Assembly (NCBI RefSeq): GCF_006345805.1
Contig: NC_043007.1
Span: 63,488,001-63,552,000, forward strand
Reading direction: 5' to 3'
Length of the DNA stretch: 64,000 nucleotides
Source: Octopus sinensis
Lineage: Eukaryota
The first letter of the stretch is position 1. Every line of letters begins with the position of its first letter. Positions 16,250-29,399 of this stretch are shown here, one piece after another. A program made the translations under genes and the position numbers. The notes under the pieces were generated by a model. That model was not told the origin of the DNA, ran no database searches, and was given only the letters and a program-made list of their open reading frames with translations.

Positions 16250-16650
16250 TAAAGGGTGGCAAGCTGACAGAATTGTTAGCATGCCAAGCAAAATGCTTAG
16301 CGGTATTTCGTCTGCCGTTAGGTTCTGAGTTCAAATTCCGCCAAGGTCGACTTTGCCTTTCATCCTTTAAATACCAGTTGCGCATTGGGGTCGATGTAAT
16401 CGACTTAACCCCTTTGTCTGACCTTGTTTGTCCCCTCTGTGTTTAGCCTCTTGTGGATAGTAAAGAAATAGGTATTTCGTCTGCTGTAACATTCTGAGAT
16501 CAAAGTCTGCCAAGGTCGATTTTGCTTTTCATCCTTTTAGGATTGATTAAATAAGTACCAGTTATGCACTTGGGTCGATGTAATCGACTTAATCTCTTCG
16601 TCTGTCCTTATTTGTTCCTTCTATGTTTAGCCCTCAGTGGGCAATAAAGA
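16250..16650 (+). mobile_element. SINE copy plus partial tandem duplicate
   Basis: Same family as 19876-20110; second partial unit from ~16470. Confidence 0.85.
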
Positions 16651-19338
16651 AATAGATATACATGGAGTAGTGCAGAAAGAGAAAAGTGAAAGGGGCACAG
16701 AAAGAGAGAGGGGACAAAAAGAATGAGATGAAGACAGAGGGAGGAGGACAGAATGAGAGAGAAGGAAACAGAAGAGAGAAAAGAAGAGACAGGAAAGAAG
16801 ATGGGCATAAAGAGAGAGGAGGGTAAAAAGTGAGGGCATTTATATACAATTTCCAGCATTTAATGAGTGAGGGCTTAATTGTAAAAATAAAGATAACATG
16901 TCACAACAATTAAACACTTTGCTGATACAGGCATATATAAATATCTCTGAGAATTGGAGAAATATGCAATATGCATGAGTCATCAAATTTTAACATAACA
17001 TACCTTTCTTCTGAAACGAATTTTCATAGAGGAAGCTGTAAAGAGAGAAAGATGGGTGAGAGATGTGAAGTGATATAGGGAGCAAGGAAGGTAAGAGAAA
17101 CGTAGAATGTTACAGAGAGAAAGGGGGAGAGAGAAGGAGGGGATGCAGGGTGATACAGAAAGAGACAGACGGACAGACAGGCAAAGGTAATACATAAAGA
17201 ACAAAGGTAATACATAAAGGACCACCAAAATTTAAGTATGGCAGATCTCCTTGTAAAATAAATTTTCAGAGAGCAAGTGATTGCTAGAAAGAGAGAAAAA
17301 GAAAGAGAAAAAATACTACACAGGGAAAAACGTAGATAGACAGAGAGAGAAGGTGGAAGAGAGATAGCATACATATACAATTTGAAACATTTAAGGGCAA
17401 GGGTTTAACAGCAAAAATAAATATAGAGTATAGGGATAATAATTAATTGCTTAGTTGATGCAAGCATATTTTGGCCCATTCTTAGAGCCAGCCACTTCAC
17501 AGTGGTTGGCCTGGAGAACTGGGCCAACCCTTTTACAGTGTGTACTGAATATTTCTATTGTACCACTGGCACCAGGGAGATTATCCTATCAGAAAGGGAT
17601 TAAAGATATATATGAGTACCTATGTGGCCTGTATCAGTTGTTATTCAGAGTTACTGACCTCCTAAATAGTTAACTTGTGATGTTTGACATTCTTTCTACA
17701 GTTGAGTGCTGCTCCTGTTGCCAACAACTTTACAAAGTGTACCATGTGTATTTTATTGTGCTACTGACACTAGAGAAGTTGTCGTATGCAAGGGGAACAA
17801 AGTAGGTCTTGTCTGTTCTATATTAGTTCTTATTTAGAATTTAAATGCATAGTCAGTCAATGAGCATTTCAAGAACCCCATTTTGATCATATGCATATGT
17901 CCTTAGCTATCAAGTGTGAGATATTGGGATGGTATGAAGCACCTTGCCTTAAAGAATGTTTCTATTCTGTAGGTAGGAGTATGGAAGTAGGAGTTGTAAG
18001 AGCAGTATGTTGTCAATTCAGTCCTCTATACTTCTCTTCTATGTAGCCTTGTGATCATGTGACAGTCACTGTTATTACAATCTGAATTCAAATCTCATTG
18101 AAGCCAGCTTTGTCTCTCACCCTTTCAAAGTTGATAGAATAAAGTACCTGTTCAAGTACTGAGGTTGATTTAATCTTCTAAATTACTGGTCTTGTACCTA
18201 AATGAGAAACAATTAATTCAATATTAGAGTGATTGGCTGGGCAGTGGATTAGCAGTGTCATTAGAGCACTAGACAAAATGCCTTGCAATGTCTGTTCTGA
18301 CTTTTTACATACTAAACTCAAATATTAAACATTTGCATTTCTTCTGTCTATTGTCAATAAAAAAAAGTACCAATCAATTAAATACTGGGGTCAGCATAAT
18401 CAATTTTTTTCCACTCACCACAGACTTCCGACTTTGTCTAATTTAGAAACAATTATTAGAGTGATAAATCAGCATAAAGCGTCTGACTTAATACTATATC
18501 ACATTTAGTAATACTGTGCCTTAGAACATATCTATAGATTTTAGCCAGCACTGCACGTAATAGACAGATGTAAACATCATGTCTTTATATCAATATTTTC
18601 ATGTCAATGTAAGGCGGCTAGCTGGCAGAATCATTAGCATGCTGGGCAAAATGTTTAGAGACATCATGTTCATCTTTATGTTTGGAGTTCAAATGCTGGG
18701 GTTGGCTTTGCCTTTCATCCTTTCAGGGTCAATAAAATAAGTACCAGTTGATCACTGAGATCATTGTAATCAGCTTGCCTCCAATCCCAAACTTGCTGGC
18801 CTTATGTCAAAATTTGAAATCAATATTTTCATGTCGTTACTTGTTACTTTTTTAAGTGTTAATCCCATTGGTGTTGAATTTGCTTTTCATGTGGGATGTA
18901 GTAGTTATGGATTTAATAGGATTTAATAGTTATATGTTGCAAGTGGTTAAAATTTAATAGGGAAAATGATAACTTTATTTTATAATCACAAGGATATGAA
19001 AGGCTAAGTTGATCAAAGCATGATCTGAACAGCCACTCTGTAGATTCTGAATGGTGCAACCAACAAGTATCAGTAACAATCCTCTTACTTACTTCTCTGT
19101 CAAGTCAATGGCCTCATAAAAACTTAGAAAATATGGCACTGTTTATTTAAGGAGAACAGCTGTCCAAAATTATTTATGTAAATCACAGTAATTTTAGATC
19201 AAGCAATTTATCCAAACAGGTGTCAATATCCATTGAACAGTCGAACTGTTTATTGTGAATAAAATCTGCCTAATTCATATTTCATTTCTACTTCATTTCA
19301 GTTTCTTGGACTATAACTTAGATGTGAGTGGGGAACGG

Positions 19339-19373
<35 letters not shown>

Positions 19374-19875
19374 ACACACACACACACACACTTCCCCACA
19401 TATATATATACATATACATGTATGTATGGCTTATTGCTCAGAGGATGTTTAGATTTTCTAGAATTACTCATTTCAAAGTTCAGCTCTATCAGAGTTATAC
19501 TTACAAATAGTATGAAATCTGATGGGTGAAGTTTAAATACTTGATACTCATTCTCCAATCACATACATTTTATTTATTTACTAGCAATAAAGTAGTAAAT
19601 ATTTAGAGGGTCTAGTTATGTTTCAGTCTACATTACAGCAGTCCAGACCTCAATTGGTAGTGCAAAAATGAATTGGGCATTCCAAAGTTTTATAGAGTTT
19701 TATTTAGATTAAGGTTAGAGTTGACAATGCAATCTAACATCACTAAGTCTATGACAAATAAGTGTTTGTCCGTCCATGTAGTGACTCGCATTGTATACTT
19801 CTGTGTATCACTGCTGCCCAGTGCCATCCGATAATGCAAAGTTGTAGTGTGCATTGCAATGGTGTGTAGAGTTAT

Positions 19876-20110
19876 TTTAAGGCGGCGAGCTGGCAGAAAC
19901 GTTAGCACGTCAGGCGAAATGCTTAGCAGTATTCGTCTGCCGTTACATTGTGAGTTCGAATTCCGCCGAGGTCGACTTTACCTTTCATCCTTTCGGGGTC
20001 GATAAATTAAGTACCAGTTACGCACTGGGGTCGATGTAATCGACTTAATACCTATGTCTGTCCTTGTTTGTCCCCTCTGTGTTTAGCCCCTTGTGGGTAA
20101 TAAAGAAATA
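19876..20110 (+). mobile_element. Full-length young tRNA-derived SINE with 15-bp TSD
   Basis: GGTGTGTAGAGTTAT at 19861-19875 and 20111-20125. Related copies near 18250, 18610 and 57830. Confidence 0.9.
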
Positions 20111-20739
20111 GGTGTGTAGAGTTATATTTGGGTTTATCAGATGTAGACACAGAGATGAATTAAAACATGTATTTCACAAGTGAGCATTTTTGAGGATTGG
20201 GCTGTTTAAACAATTGTTAAGTATGACCGTCACTAAAATGGGAAGAGTGATTGAATGTTGATGAGTTGTCATGACGTATGGGTAGTATCGACATTTAATG
20301 TTTGTCCACACCATTTATGTCGCAGAGTGCCCAAAACTGTCATAGTGAATGCATTCTATGTATCTCTGCCCTTTTCATAAGCCTCTACCAGTTAATTGGC
20401 GTAACATTGCATGGCTCCTTTCTGCTTACACATTGAATGCATTAGAAGCGTATAAGAAAACAATGATCGGTTGAAGTTATGTCCTTAAAGATGCTCGATC
20501 GCCCCTTAAGCCATAGTTGGAGTAATTATCCCTCCTATTTTTTGTAAAAAACCTAAATGCTGCCCTAAGATGGGTGTAACTTAATAGGTTTCTCTTTGTG
20601 AAATGGGCTGACTGTGTGCTGTTAGTTTTAGAGTAAAAGTGGATGTAAAGCCCATTACACACATCTGAGAGGATGATGTCTAAATCAGCTGCTTTGTGAA
20701 GCTGCACATTACCTTTACACAGCGTAAACAGTTATGAAG

Positions 20740-23700
20740 TCTCATCTTAATACCTCTTGGTAGACAATATTTTTCGTTCTACCCTAGTGGGAGTAAATGA
20801 AGAGACTTTCCTTGCTTCCCACCTGGGAACAACCAATATATAGCTGACCATGTGAGAAGCATGATTCATCTAAATAGTGTCTGCCCCTGTGACTTATTGA
20901 TTGACATTGCAAAACATAGTCTAAGCGGGAACTGCAGACGGTGAAAAGCAAAGGGAATATCTGCACCAGATGGAACGAAGGGGATTCTGGGGATGAAAAC
21001 GTCCTCTCCTTTGCCACAGCCAGACAAAATGGTGACCAATTGTAAAGCTTTGGAGGGTCTAAATTCCTCAGCAGCATTACAGGAACTCCGACTTTAACTT
21101 CCAGTGTATGAGGAGGCAGGCCAAGTGGGTCAAGGGAATTAAGAAACTCCACTGGATAGTTCACTGCCTAGTCGTCATTGGGTACAGAATCAATTGACCC
21201 ATACACGTGCAGCCTTCTGGGAAGCGAACGCAGCAGTTTAGCGTTGAGAGCAGCCACTGGAAATCCAATTCATGTCAAGGTAGTTCTTTTGTAGATTTGG
21301 AAAGACATGTGCCTCTAGTTCAGCGGAATTACTGACAGTGGTGCAGAGGTGAGTTAGTGACAGTTCTCTGTTTTCATCGAGCGGAACAACACCGTTTCCG
21401 ATTGACAATATGTCAGATGCAAAATCTGATGCCATCTGGTCATCACGAAGCTGCACTCTCATGTTTGTTTTGAGAGACAATGTTGTAACATTTTGCCACA
21501 GCAGGGGAGGACTTTAGGCAGGCCCTGACTACATCTTCCTTGGTTCCTTTGGGTATTACAGGAAGCGTTTATGGGAAATTGCCTGACAGGAGAAGAGTTA
21601 TACCACCCATTGTAGCAGGACTGTCTCTGATGTCTTGAAGAGTAGTATTTAGAGCTTCGAGGGATCGCTTGTGGGCCATTGTGCATTCATCCCAAACTAT
21701 CAGCTGGTAACTCTGGAGAAGCAAGCCCTTTTCAAATGTTTTGGTGATGTTACAGGAAGGCACTTCGGACCTTGCCAAATCAAATGGTAGCTTAAAGGTT
21801 GAGTGTGCTGTCCTGTCACCGGGCAGTAAAGTTGCTGCAATGCTAGAGGAGGCCACAGCTACGGCTACATCTTTGCAGTGCCTTACTTTAGCAAGGAGAA
21901 GCTGAATAACGAACATTTTGCCTTTCCCTCCAGGTGCATCAAGAAAAAAAATACCCCCTTTTTGTTACTGCATGTGGTCAAAGATGGTACTGTAAGCCCA
22001 CTGTTGCTCAGGCAGAAGTTTGGGCTCATCTTGCTGGATGTATTGATCAAGGGCTTCAGTGTCATAGGATGTTTCTCATATTAACTCAGTTGGTATTGAA
22101 GGTGTCCCATGGCGCAATGGTTGCGGCAGCCCGTATGTAGGTAAGGTATTACCTCCCAGAGAAACAGTTTTGTTCTCTATGTCAAGTAAAGCACAGTTGT
22201 AAATGAAATTATTTTCAGCAGGCAAGTAGGTATGATGCAGTTGGGCCTGGTAATGGAAGTCTTCTGATAGGTCATGTCTGTACTTTAACCACAATGAATG
22301 GGAATCAGAAAGTTGGCAAATGTGCAGGAGTACAGAAAACAGAGCTCTGAGACGTTTCGGTGACTGTGAAACAGCAGCCTCACAAATGTAGCATCCCACT
22401 GTGCACCGTCTTCTAGCAGCTCACGTAGTAAGCAGGCTCTCCACATGTATGGCTATTCATGGTCTTTAATTAGTTGAAGGACTTTTGACCCCTTACCTCA
22501 TGAAGCAGCAATCAGAGGTAGAAGCATTCTTGATGACCCGGGTGAACATGTACACTCTGCCGAGGCAATTATCAAATTTAATCTCAGGGTAACCATCAAC
22601 GGTTCGGCCTGACTTCCTTCACTGCCACTTACACTTACTCCATGTGTAGTATGATGGGACTTGAGGATAAAGCAGATCTTGCGCAAACAGGTCTACCTAG
22701 CAGAGTTTGAAGAAAGCTGTGAGTGTTGTATCTTTTGGTTGCTCAATCAGTTGAGCAGCAGTGGAAGTGGTAAAGTACACATGCTGGCCGTTTTCAAGGT
22801 GCACTGCAAGCTGCTGGATTGGTGGATGCTTTGATGCTGTGGAAACCCAAAAATGTGCCAGAAGGCTTCATTACTACTTATGTACCTGCCTACTTGGTAT
22901 TGCGTTATTTCATCTCAGACTCCGTCTGGTTGCAGGCTAAACACAGTAGCATCAGAGCCTTCGTTGATATACTTGTATACATATTTGATGGACTTTACAG
23001 AATTGCAGAGCTCGACATTTATGTGAGCATCGAATGCCTTCGACAGGATTGGGCAGTAAGGCACTATCCATCTGTTGTCTACTTCATACGGACCAACATG
23101 TGCTGTGAATCCACTGTCCTCTGGTTTCCTTCGCCTGTACAGAGGGTACCCATCGTGCCCGGATTGTGTTTTCTGGAGGAATTGTTTTGGGGATTTCTTG
23201 CTGCAAACTGACCCTTTCATGCAAGGCGATCGAAGGTTGAATCCTCATCTGCAAGGACCATGGATCATGTTAGCCTTCACTGTCTCAAAGAGAGTCCTGT
23301 TGATAGCGGGGTCAGGGAAGTCGGCTGAGATCAAATTGTCACTTGCATTGGATGCAATCCATGTGGACAACCAAATTAGGATATGAGCATGAGCATGAGG
23401 AAGACCCCTTTTCTGGCATTGCAAACAGCAGCTGCAGAGGCTGCATTGCTGGACTGTCGTTGAACATGTTGCTGTTCAGATTCATTAGCTTGCATGGATG
23501 CAGTTGAAGCAGCATTATGTGACTGCTATCATGAATGCTGTTCTTGTGTTTCAGCAGCTCAGGCAGACACTGTTGAGGCTGCATTACTGGCTCATTGTTG
23601 AGCACATTGCTGTTCAGTTTTGGCAGCTCGTATGGAAGCCCTTGATACCGCATAACGTGACCACCGCTGGGAATGCTGTTCTAATGTTTCAGCAGCTCAG

Positions 23701-26131
23701 GCAGACGCTGTTGAGGCTGCGTTGCCAGACCGTTGTTGAGCACGTCGTTGTTCGGGTTTGGCAGCTTGTGTGGGAGCCCTTGCTGCCACATCACGGGACC
23801 AGCATAGTGCTCGTTGACCTTCTGTTGCATTAGCCTGGGCAGTAGCAGTTGCTTTGGCATTTCAAAGCAGACGCAGGCTACACTGTTCTTCCATTTCAGC
23901 AGCGCAGGTGGCAGCATTTCAAGATCTGCGATCAGCATGCTGGTCTTCACTCTCAGACGCTCGAGCAGCAACTTGTGAAGCTGTTTTGCATAGCCGACGG
24001 ACAGTAGGCGCAGGAGTGGCTGTGTGGTAAGTAGCTTGCTTACCAACCACATGGTTCCGGGTTCAGTCCCACTGCGTGGCACCTTGGGCAAGTGTCTTCT
24101 GCTATAGCCTCGGGCCGACCAAAGCCTTGTGAGTGGATTTGGTAGACGGAAACTGAAAGAAGCCCGTCGTATATATGTATATATATGCGTGTGTGTGTTT
24201 GTCTGTGTTTGTCCCCCTAGCATTGCTTGACAACCGATGCTGGTGTGTTTATGTCCCCGTTACTTAGCGGTTCGGCAAAAGAGACCGATAGAATAAGTAC
24301 TGGGCTTACAAAAGAATAAGTCCCGGTGTCGAGTTGCTCGATTAAAGGTGGTGCTCCAGCATGGCCGCAGTCAAATGACTGAAACAAGTAAAAGAGTAAA
24401 AGAGAGTAAGAGTACACCAGTAGTTGAATGGGGACACAGGTGACACCGGTAATGGATGGTTAGTTGTTCTGTCAGGCTGACTGCTTGACCTCCTTCTTGC
24501 TTGTTGAACTGCTTCCAGTGTTCTTTGTCCGACAAAAGGTCTTTTCTTTGGAGGCATTTACCTAGAAAAAGAGTGTAAGAGGGGCAGAAATAATGGAAAG
24601 TCTTAATAAAGCAGAGTTAATGAGCAATTGCGCACAATGGGTAGCAACAGTTTAAACTGTAAAGGGTATATCTTTGCAAAAGGAAAGTAAGCAAAAACTG
24701 AATAGTGGCTATGACCAACTTACCATGAGGGAAGTAGGTGGAAGGCAGAGTAATCGAACGGTTGGATGTGTTTCTGAAATGTGGGATTCACAGCACTATC
24801 CTAACCAGGAGGACTTCTAAGAAAGATTTCAAGAAGGTTGCTTGCTTGTAGGAGCAAATGGACGAGCCATTGCAACAGAGAAATCGATCCTGTAAGTCAA
24901 ATAACCGGGAGGAACACATGAACACGTGCATAAGGGGATGGCCAATTGCCCGAGGTCATGAGATGGGGGGTGGTTATGCAATGGAGATCATATCACAGTC
25001 GAACTGCAATAAGTGGCTAACCCGTCAATGGTAACCCGTTAACGCTGTTCTGCCTTTTCCCACGGTGTGAAATGCATAATTCTGTAGGATAATGTAGACC
25101 AGGGTCTCCTCAAAGAAAAGATAGCAATGAAAGGTAAGACATCCATCGAAAGCTGGAAAGTGGCCTCTCCCTGCTATAGGACGTTTGAGTGTAACATGGG
25201 CGCCGTAGCAGTCACAAATAATGTTGTAGTAGCAGTCTTACTACTGAGTCTAACCTGAAATTGATTATTGGGAGAAGCTACTGGAAATCCCATGAAATGT
25301 CAACCCGACCAATGCCTTGTGAGTGGATTTGGTAGACGGAAACTGAAAGAAGCCTGTCGTATATATGTATATATATATATATATATATATGTGTGGGTAT
25401 ATGTTTGTGTGTCTGTGTTTGTCCCCCCACCATCGCTTGACAACCGATGCTGGTGTGTTTATGTCCCCGTCACTTAGCGGTTCGGCAAAAAGAGGCCGAT
25501 AGAATAAGTACTGGGCTTACAAAGAATAAGTCCCGGGGTCGATTTGCTCGACTAAAGGTGGTGCTCCAGCATGGCCGCAGTCAAATGACTGAAACAAGTA
25601 AAAGAGTAAAAGAGTAATATAAATACTGCAATTTTTTGCTGATTCCATACACAGTGTATCGAGCTAAGTGCAATGTAAATTGGTACATGGGTGGACTGCA
25701 TTAACTGAGTTCAAATATCGCCCTGACTTCAGTCCACTTTGAATGCAGTAAGCAAAAATGCAATATTTTCACTGTCGAAGTTTCAAGGGATTTATGGTAC
25801 TGCAGTCAGTATGTGGGCTTCAAAATCTTGAAGTGTTTTTCAATGCAGAAACGCAGTGATCTCTGTCTAGGAATGAACAGTGTCTAAGAATGGATTTGGG
25901 TGCACAACTTTAAACACTGGACTTGGCAAGAAACTAAAATGCTAGTGCTCCAAATGGTGTAGTTTAGCATTAGTATGTTTGAATAAAAGTTTGGCCATGG
26001 AAGTTTGTAATGTAGTAGTGCACTGAGTATGTGTATAAAATTTGAGGTCAATCAGGCATTGAATGTGGATTTCTATAAAAAACATAAATGTCTACACACA
26101 CACAAACTCAATTTTATATATATATTATAGA
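20740..26131 (-). mobile_element. Helitron B: internally deleted, degenerate RepHel element
   Basis: 5' terminus A|TCTATAATATATATATAAAATT at 26131. ORF start MPPKKR at 24557. HUH motif QKRGLPHAHAHILIWL (~23360-23415), MIHGPC, DGYPLYRRR, DNRWIVPY, AHINVELCNSVKSIKY. PIF1 helicase motifs [52 protein letters not shown]; C-terminus TKNIVYQEVL. 3' hairpin/CTAG not located. Confidence 0.92.
24011..24410 (+). mobile_element. tRNA-head SINE with central (TA/TG)n, inserted in Helitron B
   Basis: ggagtggctgtgtggtaag...ggttcagtccc...ccttgggcaagtgtctt...aagtaaaagagtaaaagag. Near-identical 5'-truncated copy at 25303-25616. Decayed copies near 2880-3170, 4610-4800, 10730-11090, 40480-40620, 41900-42050 and 44360-44705. 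Confidence 0.9.
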
Positions 26132-26539
26132 TTTATCTGTCTTTCTGTGAGTGGGGGGGGGGGCAGGGAGGGAAGAGGCATTCAACTTGGAAGTTATTGG
26201 CCATGTCTAAAAACATGATAGTTCTGAAAAAATACCCCAACATTTGCTACCCGGTTTGCATTCAACTCTACAATACATACACTAGTTAAATCTCCTCTGA
26301 AACTATTCCCTTCCACTTCATCAGGCTCAATACTGAAAGCATCATCTGTCATTTCAAACCATCAAAGCCACTGGCCCTAATAAATTTTTCAAACCATGCA
26401 ACCAAGAGCTTGACTAAATTCTCTCTCTCTCATCTATCAATCTCTCTATCTCAAGCTATCTTAATCTTTTGAAGTGTGTGGTATATCTAATTCCCCAAAA
26501 AGGATAAACCCTCTGACTCCACCAACTATTGTTGTATTG

Positions 26540-27190
26540 CTCTCATTTCCAATATCTGAAAGGTGATGGAAATAGTCATTAACAACCATCTTGTCCAATA
26601 CTTTGAATCCCTCTTTCTCTTAATGTCCACCAGTGTGGCTTTCATAAAATCAAACCCGCCTGTATCACTCACCAGGAGGTCCTCGGCTGAGAAAAATTTG
26701 GTGAATACAGTGCTATTGCACATCAGTAAAACATTTGACCATATCTGACCCATGAATCTTCAAACTAAACTTCTTGTTTATGGGCTTCCTCTATCTCTCA
26801 GTTCTTGATCAGAAGTTTCCTGTCAGATCACAGCACCATAACATGTGCTGATGGAACTCTCTCTCTCTCTCTCTCCCTCTCTCCCCAATCTAAACTTAGT
26901 CAATTCTAGTGTGCTTCAAGGTTGTTTTGAAATCCACATCAATCTTCATATTCATCTATAACTTACATACCCATACCATTACCTCTACCAACACCCACCC
27001 CTATGCAAATAACACTAGTCTTTATTCTTCCCTAATCTTCCATACCTGGGCATCATCCACACTCAACTTCAAACTTACACTAACACCATGAACAGAGACC
27101 ATAAAAACATTCCCTAATGAGGCTGTTCCAATTGTCTCTTTCAACAGCACAAAAACACAATTACTACATCTAAAAATAAAAAATAATTGC
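26540..27190 (+). pseudogene. Decayed CR1/Jockey-type reverse transcriptase fragment
   Basis: VLLHISKTFDHI (LDISKAFD-like), SSVLQGC (GVPQG-like), PYANNT (YADD-like); PSLEYC further on near 28480. Confidence 0.6.
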
Positions 27191-27204
27191 TCCCTATCTT
27201 CAGG

Positions 27205-27735
27205 GCCAGTCCTACAATGTTCACCCCTTTCCTCCAGTCCTACAACATGTGTCCCCTTCTCCCAGGCCTACAATCTACTCAATTTCTTCTAGCTCTTAAA
27301 TGTGCTGCCTCTTCTCCCAGTTCTACAACGTGAGCATTCTTCTCCCAGTCCTACAACAGGAGCTTTCTTCTCCCAGCCCTACAACATGAGCCCTCTTCTC
27401 CCAGCCCTATGATATGAGCCCTCTTCTCCCAGCCCTATGACATGAGTCCTCTTCTCCCAGCCCTACAATATGAGCTTTCTTCTCCCAGCCCTACAATGTG
27501 AGCCCTCTTCTCCAAGCCCTGAAATGTGAGCCCTCTTCTCCCAGCCCTATAATGTAAGCCCTCTTCTCCCAGCCCTACAACATGTGCCTTCTTCTCCCAA
27601 CCCTACAACATGAGTCCTCTTCTCCCAACCCTACAATACGAACTTTCTTCTCCCAGCTCTACAACACGAGCCCTCTTCTCCTAGCCTTACAGTATACACC
27701 TGCTTCTCTCAAACCTACCTTCTCCCAATCCTGCA
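27205..27735. repeat. 28-bp minisatellite, roughly 17-18 imperfect units
   Basis: Consensus CCCTACAACATGAGCCCTCTTCTCCCAG. Confidence 0.92.
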
Positions 27736-27884
27736 TTGTGTGCTCCCTTTAAGAATTTTTTCTTCAAATTCCTCCAGTCATCAATCTTTTTTTTAGGTCA
27801 GCTGAAAAACGCAGTCAAAAAATTGTAACTAACTTGCAAACCAGAAATCTGTTGTTTTATGATTATACATATCACTGAATAAAT

Positions 27885-27947
27885 CTTAACATGACAGTCC
27901 TGTAAGGGAATTACACCACTGCTCCCTTACAGGACTGTCACGTTAAG
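27885..27947. repeat. 63-nt inverted repeat (24/25 bp stem, 13-nt loop)
   Basis: CTTAAC-A-TGACAGTCCTGTAAGGGA / ATTACACCACTGC / TCCCTTACAGGACTGTCA-C-GTTAAG. Confidence 0.9.
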
Positions 27948-29399
27948 TTGACAGTATACAACCACTCTATCGCTCCACCACCGTACATATCTCTATGAGA
28001 TATTTAGAAATTTAATATTTCTGAATAAATCTGTTATCTAGCAAAATTTTAAATGCCTCATTCTAAATTATTTGACAAGTCATAACATCACATGATCCTT
28101 TCATCTTCCCAACTCTATCCCACATTTTTATCTCCACCAGGATTCACTTCATCTGTTCTCTTACTGAGATTTTACGTTTTTACCTCAATTACAAAGTTTT
28201 GTCTAACTTGTTCAGAATTTGTGTAGCACCTCCAGATTTTAGCACCATAAATAATCACCTAATTTTCTTAGGGTATAGTGCCAGTCCTGCCCATCCCTAA
28301 CTAAGCATTAACATGTAAATAGAACCCTCAATATCACTACAAATGCTAGGCCTCACCATCATTGAGGATCTCTGTTGATGAATGCAGATCTATAACATAG
28401 CTAAGACTTGCCTTCCAACTCAGAGTCAGAAAATACTTAAGTCCCCAACAACTACCAAGTCTTTACAAAGCTCATGTAGGACCTAGTTTGGAATATTGCT
28501 AGTAAAAGAAGAAATGGCATATCTTTGCTCCAAAAGCTTTATAAAATATGGATGAACATTACAAAATTGGCATGAGTTCAAGGGATAAGCTGGCAGATGT
28601 GATTCTAATATTAATGTAAAGTATGTGCTACTTGTTGATCTGGACTGTTGTATGGTGATTCTTTAAGTCTATCTTAACCACAATACCTTAATTTATATGT
28701 TCTTTTGTCAAAGTAATAATATATTGCTAATCTTTTTTTTTTTCATTTCATAGGGAAAATTATGATCAACTTGTTCCAAATTACATGTGCTAACAAATAA
28801 ATCCTCTTTATTATTGCTATCATCATCAAAACTACTATCACTATCAATTATGTCTTCATCATAAAGTGAATTTGCCAAGTCATTATGCCACAGATGATAC
28901 TTTAAGCATTGTGGACCCTCTTCAAATATCTTTTGGTTTGGTTGTAGTTTTCATTCTTCTAGGATCAGTGAAACTGAAAACAGTAATATAAGGGTCTCCA
29001 TTCAATCTATTAATAAAAAATACTTGTACTTAAAGGAATGATTAGTAGTTACATATGATCATAAAGTCAGTGATTAGTTGTCCTCATCAGTATAACAACC
29101 GATAAAGCTTTTGTAGCCGCTTTAGAATGTATAAGTGCATATGTTTCGAAGACAAAATATAGTTCTTCAACGAAATAATGAAGACTCCTTTGCGTAGTAA
29201 TAGCAACATGCGATAACCTAGACTCAACCAGTCAACCATAGCTAAAACGCAGAAATAATCGATCCAGAATGGTTTTATTCTAACAATATTTTTCACATTA
29301 CTATATCTGCTTAGATTGCCTCGTGACTGACGAAAAATTGGAAAGAAGACATTAATTTTCTCATAAGTGAGAAGATGATTCATATCTATACTGGCTCGC

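Noticed and set aside
19560-20740. 3' hairpin/CTAG terminus of Helitron B
   Set aside because: No convincing GC hairpin adjacent to a CTAG was found
22819-23833. Plus-strand ORFs of 103-130 aa
   Set aside because: Antisense shadows of Helitron B; likewise 5483-5962 (Gypsy), 60155-60610 (Tc1) and 53906-54277 (RTE)
27205-27735. CRISPR-like array
   Set aside because: Units are contiguous without unique spacers, the context is eukaryotic, and there are no cas genes; the same holds for the RTE 3' UTR repeats
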